A stretch of 64,000 bases of DNA from Planctomycetota bacterium (GTDB lineage Bacteria > Planctomycetota > UBA8108 > SXIK01). Of this stretch, positions 42,227-53,100 are shown in pieces. The stretch's first letter is position 1; each line of letters opens with the position of its first letter. The stretch lies in assembly GCA_965223845.1 (NCBI GenBank), contig CBDCXR010000004.1, forward strand, positions 6,240,001 to 6,304,000, given 5' to 3'. The notes beneath the pieces are model-generated. The model ran no database searches. It had not been told where the DNA came from and worked only from the letters and a program-made list of their open reading frames with translations. The position numbers and the translations under genes are program-made.

Positions 42227-44261
42227 CGTCGCGGTGCGAGTGCTCGTCGCCCGGCTTCGCGGGCGACGAGGACGTGGAGCCAGCGTCCCGCGGGGCGTGC
42301 GTGCTTCTCTTCACCCCGCAGCGAAGCATCGCCGCGCCGAAGTACGGATTGCGCACGGTCTCGTCGCTTTGGAGCCAAAGCGCGCCGCGATTCTTGAACG
42401 CCATCGGACAGTGCACCTCGTGAACGGGCGCCGTCGATTCGTGGCCGTACCGCGCGATTGCGCGCTGAAGCTCGAGCGAGAGCGACTCGAACGCGCTCCG
42501 CTGAACTACGATCGAATCGGCACGCGCGAGGCGTTCCGACGCGCGCGCGAGCGCTTGCCGCGCAGCCGCCCACTGCGCATCGGCGCTCTCTTCGCCTTCC
42601 CGGCGGGGCGGAAGCGCGGCCGCCGCTTTCGTCGCCGCCGCGCGGGCGCCTTCGGATTTGTCGGACGCCAGCGCATCGCCGATTTCACGGTAGAGATCGT
42701 AGAACGCGGTCAGCTCGCGGCGGATCTCTGGATCGTCCGCGGTCGGAGCGGGCGGTGGCGACGTGTCCGCGCCGCCGGCGGGGTCTCCGCTCGCGCGCTC
42801 CTCCGCGTGTGAATGTCCGTGGAGATGGCCTCCGCCTCCCGGCCCGCCGCCCTCGGGCTGCATCATGCTCGGCTTCGCTTCGATCTGAAGGGCGCTGTCG
42901 ATCTTGAATCCTCCGCGAACGACCACCTCCTCGCCTTCGTCGAGTCCGCGCGTGACGACGTAGTGCTCTCCCGCGCGCGGCCCGAGAACGACGCTACGCC
43001 CTTCGAAGATCGACGTGTCGGGCCTTCGCACATAGACGACCGCGCGCCGGCCGGTGATGAGCGGCGCTGAGGCGGGAATGACGAGCGGCGGCGTCTCGCT
43101 CGTAGCGCCGACGCGAAAGAGCTTCTCCGACGGCACGAGGTCCATGCCGCAGATATCGCAGGAGCCGGGTCCGTCCTTCACGATCTCGGGATGCATCGGG
43201 CTGATCCACTTCCCGGCGAGCGCGGGATCCATCACGCGACCGCCCGCGGCGAGCGTCGATCGCGCCTGGGCGCGGACGAACATCCCCGGCTTCAGTCGAT
43301 GGTCGGCGTTGTCGACGTTCAGCCGGACCTTTACCGTGCGCGTGTTCGGGTCGACCACCCAATCTTCAAACGTCACTCGGCCGTGAAACGTCTCGCCCGG
43401 ATAGGCCGGAGTTTCGAACGTGACGTCCTGACCGTAGCGGAGCCAAGGGAGATCCGACTCGTAGGCATCGAGCTTCACCCAGAGGCGAGTGAGATCGGCG
43501 ACCTTGTAGATCGGCGTACCCGTGGAGACGTAGTCGCCTTCGCTCGCGAGTTTCTCGACGACGACACCCTCGACGGGAGACGGAATCATGAGGTGCTGGC
43601 TCGGCGTGCGCCGCCGCTCGATCTCCGCGATCTGCTCCTCGGCGAGCCCGAGGAGGGCGAGCTTCGTTCGCACCGCATCGAGGTTGCCCGAGGGAAAGCG
43701 GCTCGAGAGACTCTCGTTCGTGGGCTCGGTTCGCTCGACGGCGTTCAGCGCCTCGACGAGCTGCTGCTGCGCCGCGTAGAGCTTCGGACTGTAGATGTCG
43801 ACGAGGTGGTCGCCGACGGCGACCGGGACCCCGGTGTAGTTGACGAACAGCCGGTCGAGCCGGCCGTCGACCCACGCGGTGATCGTCTTCACTTCGGTCT
43901 CGTCGAATTCGATCTTCCCCACCATCGCGATCGTCGCCTCGACGAACTTCCGCTCGACGGGTCGCGTCTCGACTTCGGCGAGGCGCATCGCGGCTTCGGA
44001 GAGCTCGAGCGCTCGCGGGCCCGGGTCGTCCGCACGCTCGGCGAGAGGGATCAGATCCATTTCGCAGATCGAGCACTTCCCTTCGTAGGGAAGCGTGATG
44101 TGAGGATGCATCGAACAGTAGTACGTCGTCGCGCCGCCCGCGGACGGTTCGCTCGACGGGTCGCGATCGGCCTCGTCGCGCGAGAGCGTCCCGGCCCAGT
44201 ACGAGAGGCCGGCAACCACCGCGAGCACGATGGCGAACAGGGCGATGGCTCGGAGGTTCAT
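42210..44261 (-). CDS. cusB: CusB-type RND adaptor with heavy-metal-binding motifs and a DUF3347-like C-terminus
   Basis: YYCSMHP...CSICEMDL, WISPMHP...CDICGMDL, HCPMAF and NPYFGAAMLRCG. Start MNLRA at 44261. Confidence 0.92.
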   Translation of the reverse strand: MNLRAIALFAIVLAVVAGLSYWAGTLSRDEADRDPSSEPSAGGATTYYCSMHPHITLPYEGKCSICEMDLIPLAERADDPGPRALELSEAAMRLAEVETRPVERKFVEATIAMVGKIEFDETEVKTITAWVDGRLDRLFVNYTGVPVAVGDHLVDIYSPKLYAAQQQLVEALNAVERTEPTNESLSSRFPSGNLDAVRTKLALLGLAEEQIAEIERRRTPSQHLMIPSPVEGVVVEKLASEGDYVSTGTPIYKVADLTRLWVKLDAYESDLPWLRYGQDVTFETPAYPGETFHGRVTFEDWVVDPNTRTVKVRLNVDNADHRLKPGMFVRAQARSTLAAGGRVMDPALAGKWISPMHPEIVKDGPGSCDICGMDLVPSEKLFRVGATSETPPLVIPASAPLITGRRAVVYVRRPDTSIFEGRSVVLGPRAGEHYVVTRGLDEGEEVVVRGGFKIDSALQIEAKPSMMQPEGGGPGGGGHLHGHSHAEERASGDPAGGADTSPPPAPTADDPEIRRELTAFYDLYREIGDALASDKSEGARAAATKAAAALPPRREGEESADAQWAAARQALARASERLARADSIVVQRSAFESLSLELQRAIARYGHESTAPVHEVHCPMAFKNRGALWLQSDETVRNPYFGAAMLRCGVKRSTHAPRDAGSTSSSPAKPGDEHSHRDGDRNE

Positions 44262-45727
44262 CGGGATTCCTCCCTTTGAGTTAGAGGGATGACGAAGCGT
44301 CCGAGGAGTCGATCGAGCTCCGCTTCGGCGCGCACACGATCGGCGCGGGCGCGCTCGCGCGCGAGTTGAAACTCGAGGTAGACGCGCTCGGCGTCGATGA
44401 GATCGAGGAAGTCCGAGCCGCCCGACTCGAACGAGCTCTCGGTCGAGCCGAGTGACTCTTCCGCCTTCGGGATCAGTGTCTCCTCGTAGAGCGTGATCCT
44501 CCGCTCGGCATCGCGAAGGTGAAAGAGCGCGAGCTCCACGCTCGCGCGGAGTCGATCCCGCGCGCCGGCGTGACGCTCGCGCGCCGATCGCCAGAGCGCG
44601 TCCGCTTCGCGCTCGCCGGCCCGGTACTTCTGCCACCAAATCGGCAGCTCGATCGAGAAGGAGAGCATCCACGGATCCTCGCCGCTGTCGCGTGTTCCGG
44701 GTGCGCGCGCGCTTCCGGTCGCGATCGTCTGGACGCCGACCGTGAGATCGGGAACGTACTCGCGCGCCGCGAGCTTCTTTTGCATGGCTGCGCCCTCGAT
44801 CTCCTCGCGGAGGGCGAGAAGCTCCGGGTTGTTCGCGTCGACGAACGCGAGGACGGAGTCGGCGTCGATCTCCGCCGCGCTCGTCAGGAGTTCGCGCGGC
44901 CACTCGATCGCGCGTTCGACCGGGAGATGGAGGAGCGAGTTCAGCTTCGCCCGGAGCGGGCGCTCCGTATCGAGCAGCGTTCGTAGGCCGTCCTCGAGGC
45001 GGCCGATCTCGACCTGAAGCCGGAGTAGATCCGGATGGTTCTCCGCTCCGGCGGCGAGCCGCCTCCGCGCGACGCGTTCGAGTCGCGCGAGGAGGTCGAG
45101 GTTCTCGCGCGTGATCGTGACCGAGCGACCGAGGTAGTAGTATTCGGCGAGGGTCGAGCGGAGCTCGCGGTCGAGGTCGAGCTGGGCGGCGAGGAAGCGT
45201 TGCCACGCCGCTGCCGCCTTTGCCTCCTCGATCGAGCCGCGGAGGCGCAGCTTCTCGAACCACGGGAACGATTGCGTGAGCGCGAAGCTTCTCTCCTGCG
45301 GACCGGTTCGCGTCTCCACCGAACGCAGGTACTCGACGTAGGTGAAGCGGGCCTCCGGTAGCGCCCGGGCCTGCGGCGCGCGTTCGGCCTGAGCGCGCCA
45401 CGCTTCGTAGAGAGCGCTGAGGCCGGGATTGTTCTCGGCGGCGTAGAGACGCATCGCGTCGAGGGGCGCGTCAGCGGGGAGTGCAGGCGCGGCGCGGCGC
45501 CCGCGACGATCCTCTGACCCAGTGCTCGATGGCGATGGCTCAGTCGGTGTGGGCGACGCGGGGGGATCGTCTCGCGAGCGTTCGACGAGCGGGACGGGAA
45601 ACGGCGCTGTCGGCGCGCGGGCGGGCGAAGCGCAGCCGCCGAACGAGAGAGCCGCCGCCGCGGCGACGAAGAGCCGCGATCGGGAGGGGTGGAACTCGAG
45701 CGAGGGGAAGGGGCGCCGGGAAAACAA
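44258..45727 (-). CDS. TolC-family (CusC-like) outer membrane lipoprotein
   Basis: Lipobox FGGC, ENNPGL, QSFPWFEKL and DFLDLIDAER; SD GAGGAGG before the TTG start. Confidence 0.9.
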   Translation of the reverse strand: MFSRRPFPSLEFHPSRSRLFVAAAAALSFGGCASPARAPTAPFPVPLVERSRDDPPASPTPTEPSPSSTGSEDRRGRRAAPALPADAPLDAMRLYAAENNPGLSALYEAWRAQAERAPQARALPEARFTYVEYLRSVETRTGPQERSFALTQSFPWFEKLRLRGSIEEAKAAAAWQRFLAAQLDLDRELRSTLAEYYYLGRSVTITRENLDLLARLERVARRRLAAGAENHPDLLRLQVEIGRLEDGLRTLLDTERPLRAKLNSLLHLPVERAIEWPRELLTSAAEIDADSVLAFVDANNPELLALREEIEGAAMQKKLAAREYVPDLTVGVQTIATGSARAPGTRDSGEDPWMLSFSIELPIWWQKYRAGEREADALWRSARERHAGARDRLRASVELALFHLRDAERRITLYEETLIPKAEESLGSTESSFESGGSDFLDLIDAERVYLEFQLARERARADRVRAEAELDRLLGRFVIPLTQREESR

Positions 45728-45928
45728 GGCGAGTCCTCCTCGGGGACTTTGTCGAAGAACGGCTTCGACGACGGCGAACGAGCGAGGCGAGAGACCGCGA
45801 GAGCAGACCGTCCTCGAACGGCGAGTCCGCTCGCAGAATCCGCGCGCGGTAACGCGAGAACCGGACGGATTCCGGAGGGTGGCAGAACCGACGAGCGAGA
45901 GGCTCTGCGGAATGGCGCGTCCGGACGA

Positions 45929-46348
45929 CTAGCGGACGCGGGGAGGAGCTCGAGCGCGAGCGGGTCCCGAAGGGGGAGTGACCGGGACGCGGTCGCTCCG
46001 GGCCGCGATAGACGCGACCGCATCGAGCGCGGGTGCGCGTCGAGCGGAATTCGCGAGTGCAGCGGCGACCGGCGCCTCCTGCGTCGACCCGATCCCGAGG
46101 ATCTCGTCCGTGCACGCACAGAGCCGACTCGGTCCTTCGAGTTCCGGTCGCGATTCCGGGCTCGCGCTCGCGCGGGGCGCCTCGTCGTTTGCCGCCGACT
46201 GGGCGCAGCAGCCGCGCGGGGACTCGGAGGACTCGAGCGCGCTGGCGCTGCAGCACTGCACACTCCCGAGACACAAGTGCGGCGCCGCGCCGACGACGAG
46301 GGCGGCGACGATGGTGACCCCAGCCGTGAAACGGTGTGCACGCTTCAT
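45929..46348 (-). CDS. Cys-rich small exported ORF ending in RAPP (DUF2946/CruR/CutF-like leader)
   Basis: Hydrophobic N-terminus, C..CC..CC..CAC and C-terminus GPARARAPPRVR*; co-oriented upstream of the cus operon. Confidence 0.72.
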   Translation of the reverse strand: MKRAHRFTAGVTIVAALVVGAAPHLCLGSVQCCSASALESSESPRGCCAQSAANDEAPRASASPESRPELEGPSRLCACTDEILGIGSTQEAPVAAALANSARRAPALDAVASIAARSDRVPVTPPSGPARARAPPRVR

Positions 46349-46459
46349 GATGAAAGAGTATCAGCGCGAAACGGACGTCGCAAAGTGATCCTTCGCGAAA
46401 CAGGCCGGCGATGGGAGCGCTCTTGGCTGCGTCCCGGCCTCCTCGCCGTTTGAGTTCGA

Positions 46460-47578
46460 CTAGGACACGACGGGCGCGCGCTCTTCGAAGAACCAGTCCC
46501 AATCGGCGATGAGCTCCGGATCGGGCGCGGACGAATACGTCACCTCGAACGATCCGTCGTCCGCGCGGCGCGCCCGGGTCGGCTCGGCGAGAAGAAGCCG
46601 AGTCTCCTGCTGCGTCACCACGGGGAAGCCGTAGTGCTCGTTCCGGTAACCGAACGGGCCGGACGAGGCATGACGCGCTCGCACGAACTCACCGTGCGCG
46701 CGAATCCGTGCGGCAACTCGCTCGCGCCCCGTCTCGACGACGCGGCCCAGGTCGTCCCCGAGCGCTCGAGGAAGAGTGTCGTCGAGCTCGTAGCCGATCG
46801 AGTTTCGCCCCGAGGCCATCGCCGCGGCGGCCGTCGTTCCGAGCCCGAGGAACGGGTCGAGGACGGTGTCGCCCTTCGCAGAGAACATGTGGACGAGCCG
46901 GTAGGGGAGCTCGAAGGGAAACGCCGCGCTCCGCGTTCGTTCTTCGCGATCGAGCGCGCGCAGAGAGAGAGCTTGTTTCACCGGATTCAAGTCGGACCAC
47001 ACGTCCGAGAACCACTGGTTTCGCTCCTCCCAGAAGTAGGCGCTTTCTCGACGATTCGCCTTCTCCGCTGCGCTCGGAAAGTGACGGCGGCCGCCCTTTC
47101 GAAAAATGAGCACGTGCTCGTGCTCGAGCGTGACGTACGCGCCGGGAGGGAGCATGCCCGATCCCATGAACTTGTTCGGCGCGTTGGTCGGCTTGCGCCA
47201 GAGGACGGGCGGCAGCGCGACGAAGCCGAGGTCGAGGAACGCGCGGAGGACGCGCGAGTGGTTCGGGTAGAGCGCGAAGCGTCCGTCGAGGGTGCGCGTC
47301 GCATCACCGACGTTGATGCACGCGATGCCGCCGTCGACGAGGACGCGCGCGAGCTCTCGCCACACGAGGTCGAGAACGCGGTGCATCGCTTCGAAGGCAG
47401 CGACACCGTCGCTTCGCTCGAGCGCTGCTCGGACGTCGCCCGACTGCGACGCGAAGAGATCGTCCCACATCTCGATCATCGGATAAGGGGGCGACGTGAC
47501 GACAAGCTCGACCGCGGCGCCCGGGACCTCCGTCATGCTGCGGGCATCGCCAATGTGGATTCGGTGACGGGTGCGCAT
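46460..47578 (-). CDS. Site-specific amino-DNA methyltransferase (N4-C/N6-A, beta order), orphan
   Basis: Motif IV TSPPY precedes motif I VLDPFLGLGTT. No adjacent restriction endonuclease. Confidence 0.92.
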   Translation of the reverse strand: MRTRHRIHIGDARSMTEVPGAAVELVVTSPPYPMIEMWDDLFASQSGDVRAALERSDGVAAFEAMHRVLDLVWRELARVLVDGGIACINVGDATRTLDGRFALYPNHSRVLRAFLDLGFVALPPVLWRKPTNAPNKFMGSGMLPPGAYVTLEHEHVLIFRKGGRRHFPSAAEKANRRESAYFWEERNQWFSDVWSDLNPVKQALSLRALDREERTRSAAFPFELPYRLVHMFSAKGDTVLDPFLGLGTTAAAAMASGRNSIGYELDDTLPRALGDDLGRVVETGRERVAARIRAHGEFVRARHASSGPFGYRNEHYGFPVVTQQETRLLLAEPTRARRADDGSFEVTYSSAPDPELIADWDWFFEERAPVVS

Positions 47579-47916
47579 GATCGAAATCGTCCGGGCTCAG
47601 GCGGAAGGGCGAGCGAGTGCGCGCGGATTCTACTCGAGTCGGCACCGGCGGGGGCCCGGAATCCGGACGCGCGACGGGATCGGCGCGATCGTCTCGAAAC
47701 GGGACAGGCGGGAGCGTTGAACCGGGGATCCGTCGCTTCGAGTTCTTGCCGATTTGGTCGCGAAACCGGCTCTCGACGAGGCTTCGCCGCGCAATCTCAA
47801 CCGTCCGGCGGCCCGCGCCGGCATGCGAGTTGCCGTTAGGAAGGGTGACCGATCGACCGTCGAGCACGCGGAGTCGCGCGCTCGAAGTCGCTTCCCCAAC
47901 GAGAGTAGGAGTTCCT

Positions 47917-48354
47917 GTGCACCGCCGGAGCGGAGTCACCTTCATCGAGCTCGTCGTCCTCGCGACCGGACTCGCCGTCGCACTGACGATCGCCGTTCTC
48001 GGCGCGCCTCTCGTCCGCATCGCGAAGAACGAGACCGCGGCGGTGCGGGCGCTCCGCGAGCTCGCCGCGGCGAACGAAGTCTACCGCACACGGAGCGGAG
48101 AGTTCGCGCCATCGCTCGTTGCGCTCGTTCAAGCGCCGGACCTCGAAACGGAGACGCTCGAGGCGCTCGCCGGTGAACCGGAAGACGAAGGATTCGAGCT
48201 CTCGTACGAGTCGAGCGGAGGAACCTTCTCCGCACGTGCGGAACCCATCGCGGTCGGGGGGACGGGCGTCCGGCATTTTTTCATCGACGCGACGGGCGTC
48301 GTGCGTGCGAGCGCGGCCGGAAGTGCGTCGAGTCGTTCCGCGGCGATCGACTAG
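47917..48354 (+). CDS. Type IV pilin-like protein
   Basis: SG-VTFIELVVL, NETAAVRALR and GVRHFFIDATGVVR; AGGAG SD before the GTG start. Confidence 0.82.
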   Translation: MHRRSGVTFIELVVLATGLAVALTIAVLGAPLVRIAKNETAAVRALRELAAANEVYRTRSGEFAPSLVALVQAPDLETETLEALAGEPEDEGFELSYESSGGTFSARAEPIAVGGTGVRHFFIDATGVVRASAAGSASSRSAAID

Positions 48355-49184
48355 TCCGTCGCGATTGCACACGTCGTTTCGTGCGCGAAGGGGCGAGGCG
48401 CCGCAAGTCGCGCTTCGACGCTCTCCGCGTATCTGCGCTTTCCGCCGTTCACTCTGAAACGCGTCGGCCGGTCGATCAACGGGGGCATCGCAGCGGCGCG
48501 AGCCGATGGTCGTGTCGTTGTGCCCGCCGACATCGCCGGTCTTGTCTCGCTTTTCAAGCTCACGCGCGCGTCTTGAGAGAGTGATTCCACGGCGGAAGTC
48601 CGAGATGCGGTCGGCTTGCGTCTTGCCGTCGGGACGGATTCGTAACCTTCGCCTCGAATGTGTAATACGCTTGCGATTCGATTCCTGAGCGGAATCGAGT
48701 CGCACTCCTACGTGGTCGAATTCGATCACGCGGGAGCAATTACCATTCCGATCAGTCGTTTTTTCGTGCGAATAAAAAACTAGCAGTTTCTTTTTGACAC
48801 GCAACGCGCGCAGTCTTATCGGATGAATACACACGGGAGACGAGGGGCGCGAAGACGACGCGGGCATTTCTCATTCACGGGTTTTGAGCGTTCATTCGAG
48901 AGCCATTCGCTGGATCCACCGAATGACGCTACAGGCACGGGAGAATCAGAAAGGCCGCATCGGGATTGCGCCGAGACCGGACGACCGAGGGCTCGATACG
49001 TCGGCCAGCGGTTTCATTTCGGAGGGTTCGATCTCGACCGCGGAAGATTGAGGCGTCTTTCGGTACAGGTCGGATTGGTACGAGGCGGGGCAGCGACGCT
49101 CGCCAAGGGTAGTGGGGGCGTCTGAGCCGATCGTCCGCGATCGACTCACTCGTACTTGGATCATTGAATCGTGGGGGATTCACG

Positions 49185-49997
49185 ATGAGTCCAAGAGCGA
49201 AGCGCGGCATCGGTGCCGCTCTCTCGGTGGTTGTGGTCGTTGTAGTGTCGGCAGCGGTTTTCTTCACGAGCGGGGATCGAGAGACCGGGGCGTCTCCTCT
49301 TCTCGCGGCGGCGGAGCCGGAAACGAAGAAAAACGCTGAGGCCAAGGGTGCGGAGCCAAAGGCCGCGGAACCGAAGGCCGGAGCGCCGGCGCCCGCGAAG
49401 AAGGCGGCCGAACCGGTGGAACCAGAGCCCGCGAAAGCCGCGGCGCCGCCGCAGGAAGCGGAGCCGCCAGCGGAGGAAGAGCTGCTCCTCCCGTTTCAGT
49501 GGGGAGCAGTACTCGGCGCCGAGCGCTGCGCGTTCTCCGGGCGGCCGCTCGTTCAGGTTTTCGTCGATGAGGACATCAACCAGCGCGAGCTCGAGTCGTG
49601 TCTCTCGACGATCGAGGTTGAGGATCAGATGGCGGGGTTCTTCGTCGGCGCGCTGATCAGTCCGGCCGACGAGGCAGCACAGCCGTCGACACTCCGCCGC
49701 CGCACCGACCTCAAGGTCATCGTGCGCGGCGCGAACGGAAAGTTCCTCGGTGCGCTCGGAGACACGTTTACGTGTGACGACCTCGTCGCGCTACTCCAGC
49801 GACTGAGGCGAAACCATCGCCTGAAGGGGCCGCCGAGTCCCGTCTACTCGGTGCTCCTCCGGGACTCGAAACCCATCCAGGATCTCGTGGCCAAGGGAAA
49901 CGTCGCGCGAGCGGCGCAGTGGGTCCGGTTCCTCAAAGAGTTCGAAGGTGCTGGCAGCGGGGCAGCCATCGCGGCCGAGGCAGCGCTACCGCGCTAA
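49185..49997 (+). CDS. Membrane-anchored protein with an AEPK-rich linker and a possible thioredoxin-like domain
   Basis: N-terminal TM, Ala/Pro/Glu/Lys repeats and GRPLVQVF...GKFLG pattern; no CxxC. Confidence 0.65.
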   Translation: MSPRAKRGIGAALSVVVVVVVSAAVFFTSGDRETGASPLLAAAEPETKKNAEAKGAEPKAAEPKAGAPAPAKKAAEPVEPEPAKAAAPPQEAEPPAEEELLLPFQWGAVLGAERCAFSGRPLVQVFVDEDINQRELESCLSTIEVEDQMAGFFVGALISPADEAAQPSTLRRRTDLKVIVRGANGKFLGALGDTFTCDDLVALLQRLRRNHRLKGPPSPVYSVLLRDSKPIQDLVAKGNVARAAQWVRFLKEFEGAGSGAAIAAEAALPR

Positions 49998-50136
49998 CGA
50001 CGCCGCCTGCGTGCGACGGCGGGGAACGTATCTTGTCGTCGCGGAGTTCGCCGGGTGCCCTGGGGACGAACCGGTCGGGCGACCGGGCACCGGTATCGCA
50101 ACTGTTCTGCGAACCACACAGTTTTGGGGGATAGAC

Positions 50137-53100
50137 ATGAACTCTACGCGCCACTACCGCTGGAACTTCTTGTTTCTGGTGGGACTCTTCGCTGCACCGC
50201 TGTCAGCCCTCGCTCAAGAGGACGATTACGAATTCATGCCGCTCCACGCGTGGCGGATCCTGGGGGAAACCGGAGGAGACGATCTCACCACCACGCTCAT
50301 GGAGGGCTTTCCGGGGCTCGACGCCGAGCCGTCGAAGGACCGCTGGACGGAGCCCGTCGACGGCAGCGGCGGGTTCGACAACGTCGCGCCGCGCCTCGGC
50401 GCGCAGGAGGGCCCGGGTGGGCTTGAGTGGGATCCGTCACCGACGTATCGCACGCGGTACAAGAACGGGACCAACTACACGAACAACGGGACGACGCGGA
50501 TGATCGGGAACAATTGGTTTCCGAAGATTCCGTATGTAATGGACGACTCCTACCAGAACCAGCAGTGGATCGTCCGCTTCGACGCGAATACGTACCGGGT
50601 CTACGATCAGGATCAGTCGGACTCGTACACGTTTTGGGGGCGGAACGGGAATGCGAAGTCGAAGCTCTACGTGAGCGGGAACTGGGTTTACGTCTACGAC
50701 ATCGGCGGAAAGACCTACACGTTCAACGAGACTGGGTCGACGAAGCGCTGCACGAAGATCGAGGGTATCGGTTCCGCCGAGATTACGATCTCCTACACCT
50801 CGTCGGCGATCACGGTGATCCAGAAATCGGACTCGAGTACCGAGGTCCGAAAGTGGACCTACACCCTCACCGACCACGGGAGCGGCAAGCGAGTCGACAA
50901 AATCGAGGTCGCACACAAGCCGAGCACGAGCTGGGTCGTCTACCGAACGATCGAATTCACCTATCACGAGCAGGTGACGAGTGCCGCGGGGAGCTCGACC
51001 GGCGACCTCATCGGCATCGAGGACACGCGCGATCTCTCCGACTCGGGAGAGGACTACACCCGGAAGTGGGTCTTCAAGTACTACACGGGGACCTACAACT
51101 CGACCACGAACCCGGGCAATCCGTACCAAATCGCGGCGGTGATCGAGCCGGGCGACGTCAAGGCGTTCGACGACGACAATCCGACGCTCGACATCTACAC
51201 GCGGACCGTGTCCCAGCTCTCGGGTTACCTCACTCGCGAGTACGAATACAACTCGGACCGCCGGCTTCGGGATCTCACGCTCAACGACGATTGCGGCTGC
51301 GGGAGTGGGTCCGGAGCGTTCGCGTACTCTTGGGCGCAGAACGGCTCGACGCCGTCCGATCTCAACACGTGGTACCGAAAGGTCGAGATCGTCCTCCCAA
51401 ACGACGCGCGGAGGATCATCGACTACAACAAGTACGGGCAGACCCTGAACTCGATTCTCCAGGAAGACGAATCGAACTCGAGCTCCCGGCGGTGGATCAC
51501 GACGTTCCGTCACGACACGACCGGCCGCCTCACCGACAGCTACTCGGTGGCGGCGTGTGACAGCTACAACTCGTCGACTCACGTGGTGACGACGAACACG
51601 ACGGACGGGATGCGCTACCAGTACACCTACGACTCGGACAATGCGCTGAGCACGGTCAAGCTTCGCGATCCCGGGAACGGGAACTGGAACTATCAGCGAA
51701 AGAAGGCGTTCACCTTCAAGACCTCCGGGAGCCGGCGGCGGTACGTGAAGACGTCGGACAAGGTCTATCCGACGGAGACGACGACGGACACGGGATCGAA
51801 CGAGACGACTTTCGCGTACACGTATCACACCGATGCGCTTGCGGTGAAGAAACGGACGACGACGCTTCCGACCGTGACGACGGCTCAGAACGGGCCGAAC
51901 TCGGCCGTCTCGCTGTACGCGTATTTGGAGGACGACGGCCTCCAGACGTGGACGAAGGATGGCGAAGGCTACGTCACTTACACCGGCTACGACGCGGATC
52001 TCCGGGTGGCTACCACTCGCGTCGTCGATCTCGACAACTCGAATCGCCCGACCGGGGTCCCCGCTGCACCTGACACGGTGTTCGCGACGACGAGCGGCCT
52101 CAATCTCGTTGACGAGTGGGAGTACGACGAGCTCGCTCGGCGGACGAAGCACATCGCGCCGGCGTTCGACGCCTACAACGGGACGTCGATCGTGTCCTAC
52201 GAGACGACGAAGCGGTGGTACTACTCGAAGCTTTCCGGGGACGAGCTTGTTCTCATGGAGTACCCGCACGTCGGTTCTGCGTACTACCACGCTGCGATCG
52301 ACCTTACCGTTCTGGATCACCACGGCGATGTCGTGACTCAGGCGAAGGGCGAGCTGGCATCGGCCACCCGAGGAACCTATCTGCCGAACGACTTCGACGA
52401 GACCGAGGCGACCCTCGAAGACGGGTTCAACGGCGACATCGTCCAGCGTACAGAGTTCGAGTACACGGGCGGTCGCCAGACGAAGGCGTCTGTCTGGAGC
52501 GACGCCGATCTCTCGACGGCGGACAAGCACGAGACGATTTCGACGTATGACTCCTCCGGACGTCTCGAGACGACGAAAACGCCGGCCGGGACGATCACGC
52601 GGTATTCGTACGACGTGCTCGGGCGCATGAAAACTCGCAAGGTCGGCACGATCGACGGCGGCGGGAGCGACAACATGACGCTCGTCGAGGAGCTCTTCTA
52701 CGATGACGAAGAAGACACTTCGACAAACGTCGGCGATGGATTTCTCACTCGCCGGAAGCTCGACACGAACCACTCGACGAGCGATGACCGCGAGACGGAC
52801 ACGACCTACGACTATCGCGGGCGCGCGACGGACATCTACGAACCCGAGGATGTGAAGGTCGAGCGGGATTACGACAACCTCGGCCGCGTCACCGAAGACC
52901 GGCGTTACGACGACAGTGGAGGGTCGCCGACTCTTCTTGCGAAGACAAAGAGCTATTACGACGCGTGGGGACAGGCGTACGAGACGCGCACGTACGGCAT
53001 CGTGAGCGGTAGCGGTACCGATTACACGAACGTCGAGACCTGGCGTGACAAACGCGGGCTCGAGGTCAAGTCGTTGAGTCAAGGAAAGGTCTTCAACAAG

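Noticed and set aside
44262-45401. 1063-aa CusB with a long N-terminal extension
   Set aside because: The extension is an alternate frame of the TolC gene. The real start is ATG 44261, with an SD and a TM anchor.
46460-47578. Restriction-modification or other defence island
   Set aside because: No nuclease or other defence gene is adjacent.
48750-48830. oriC at the AT-rich patch
   Set aside because: I found no clustered TTATCCACA-type DnaA boxes and no dnaA or dnaN in the window.
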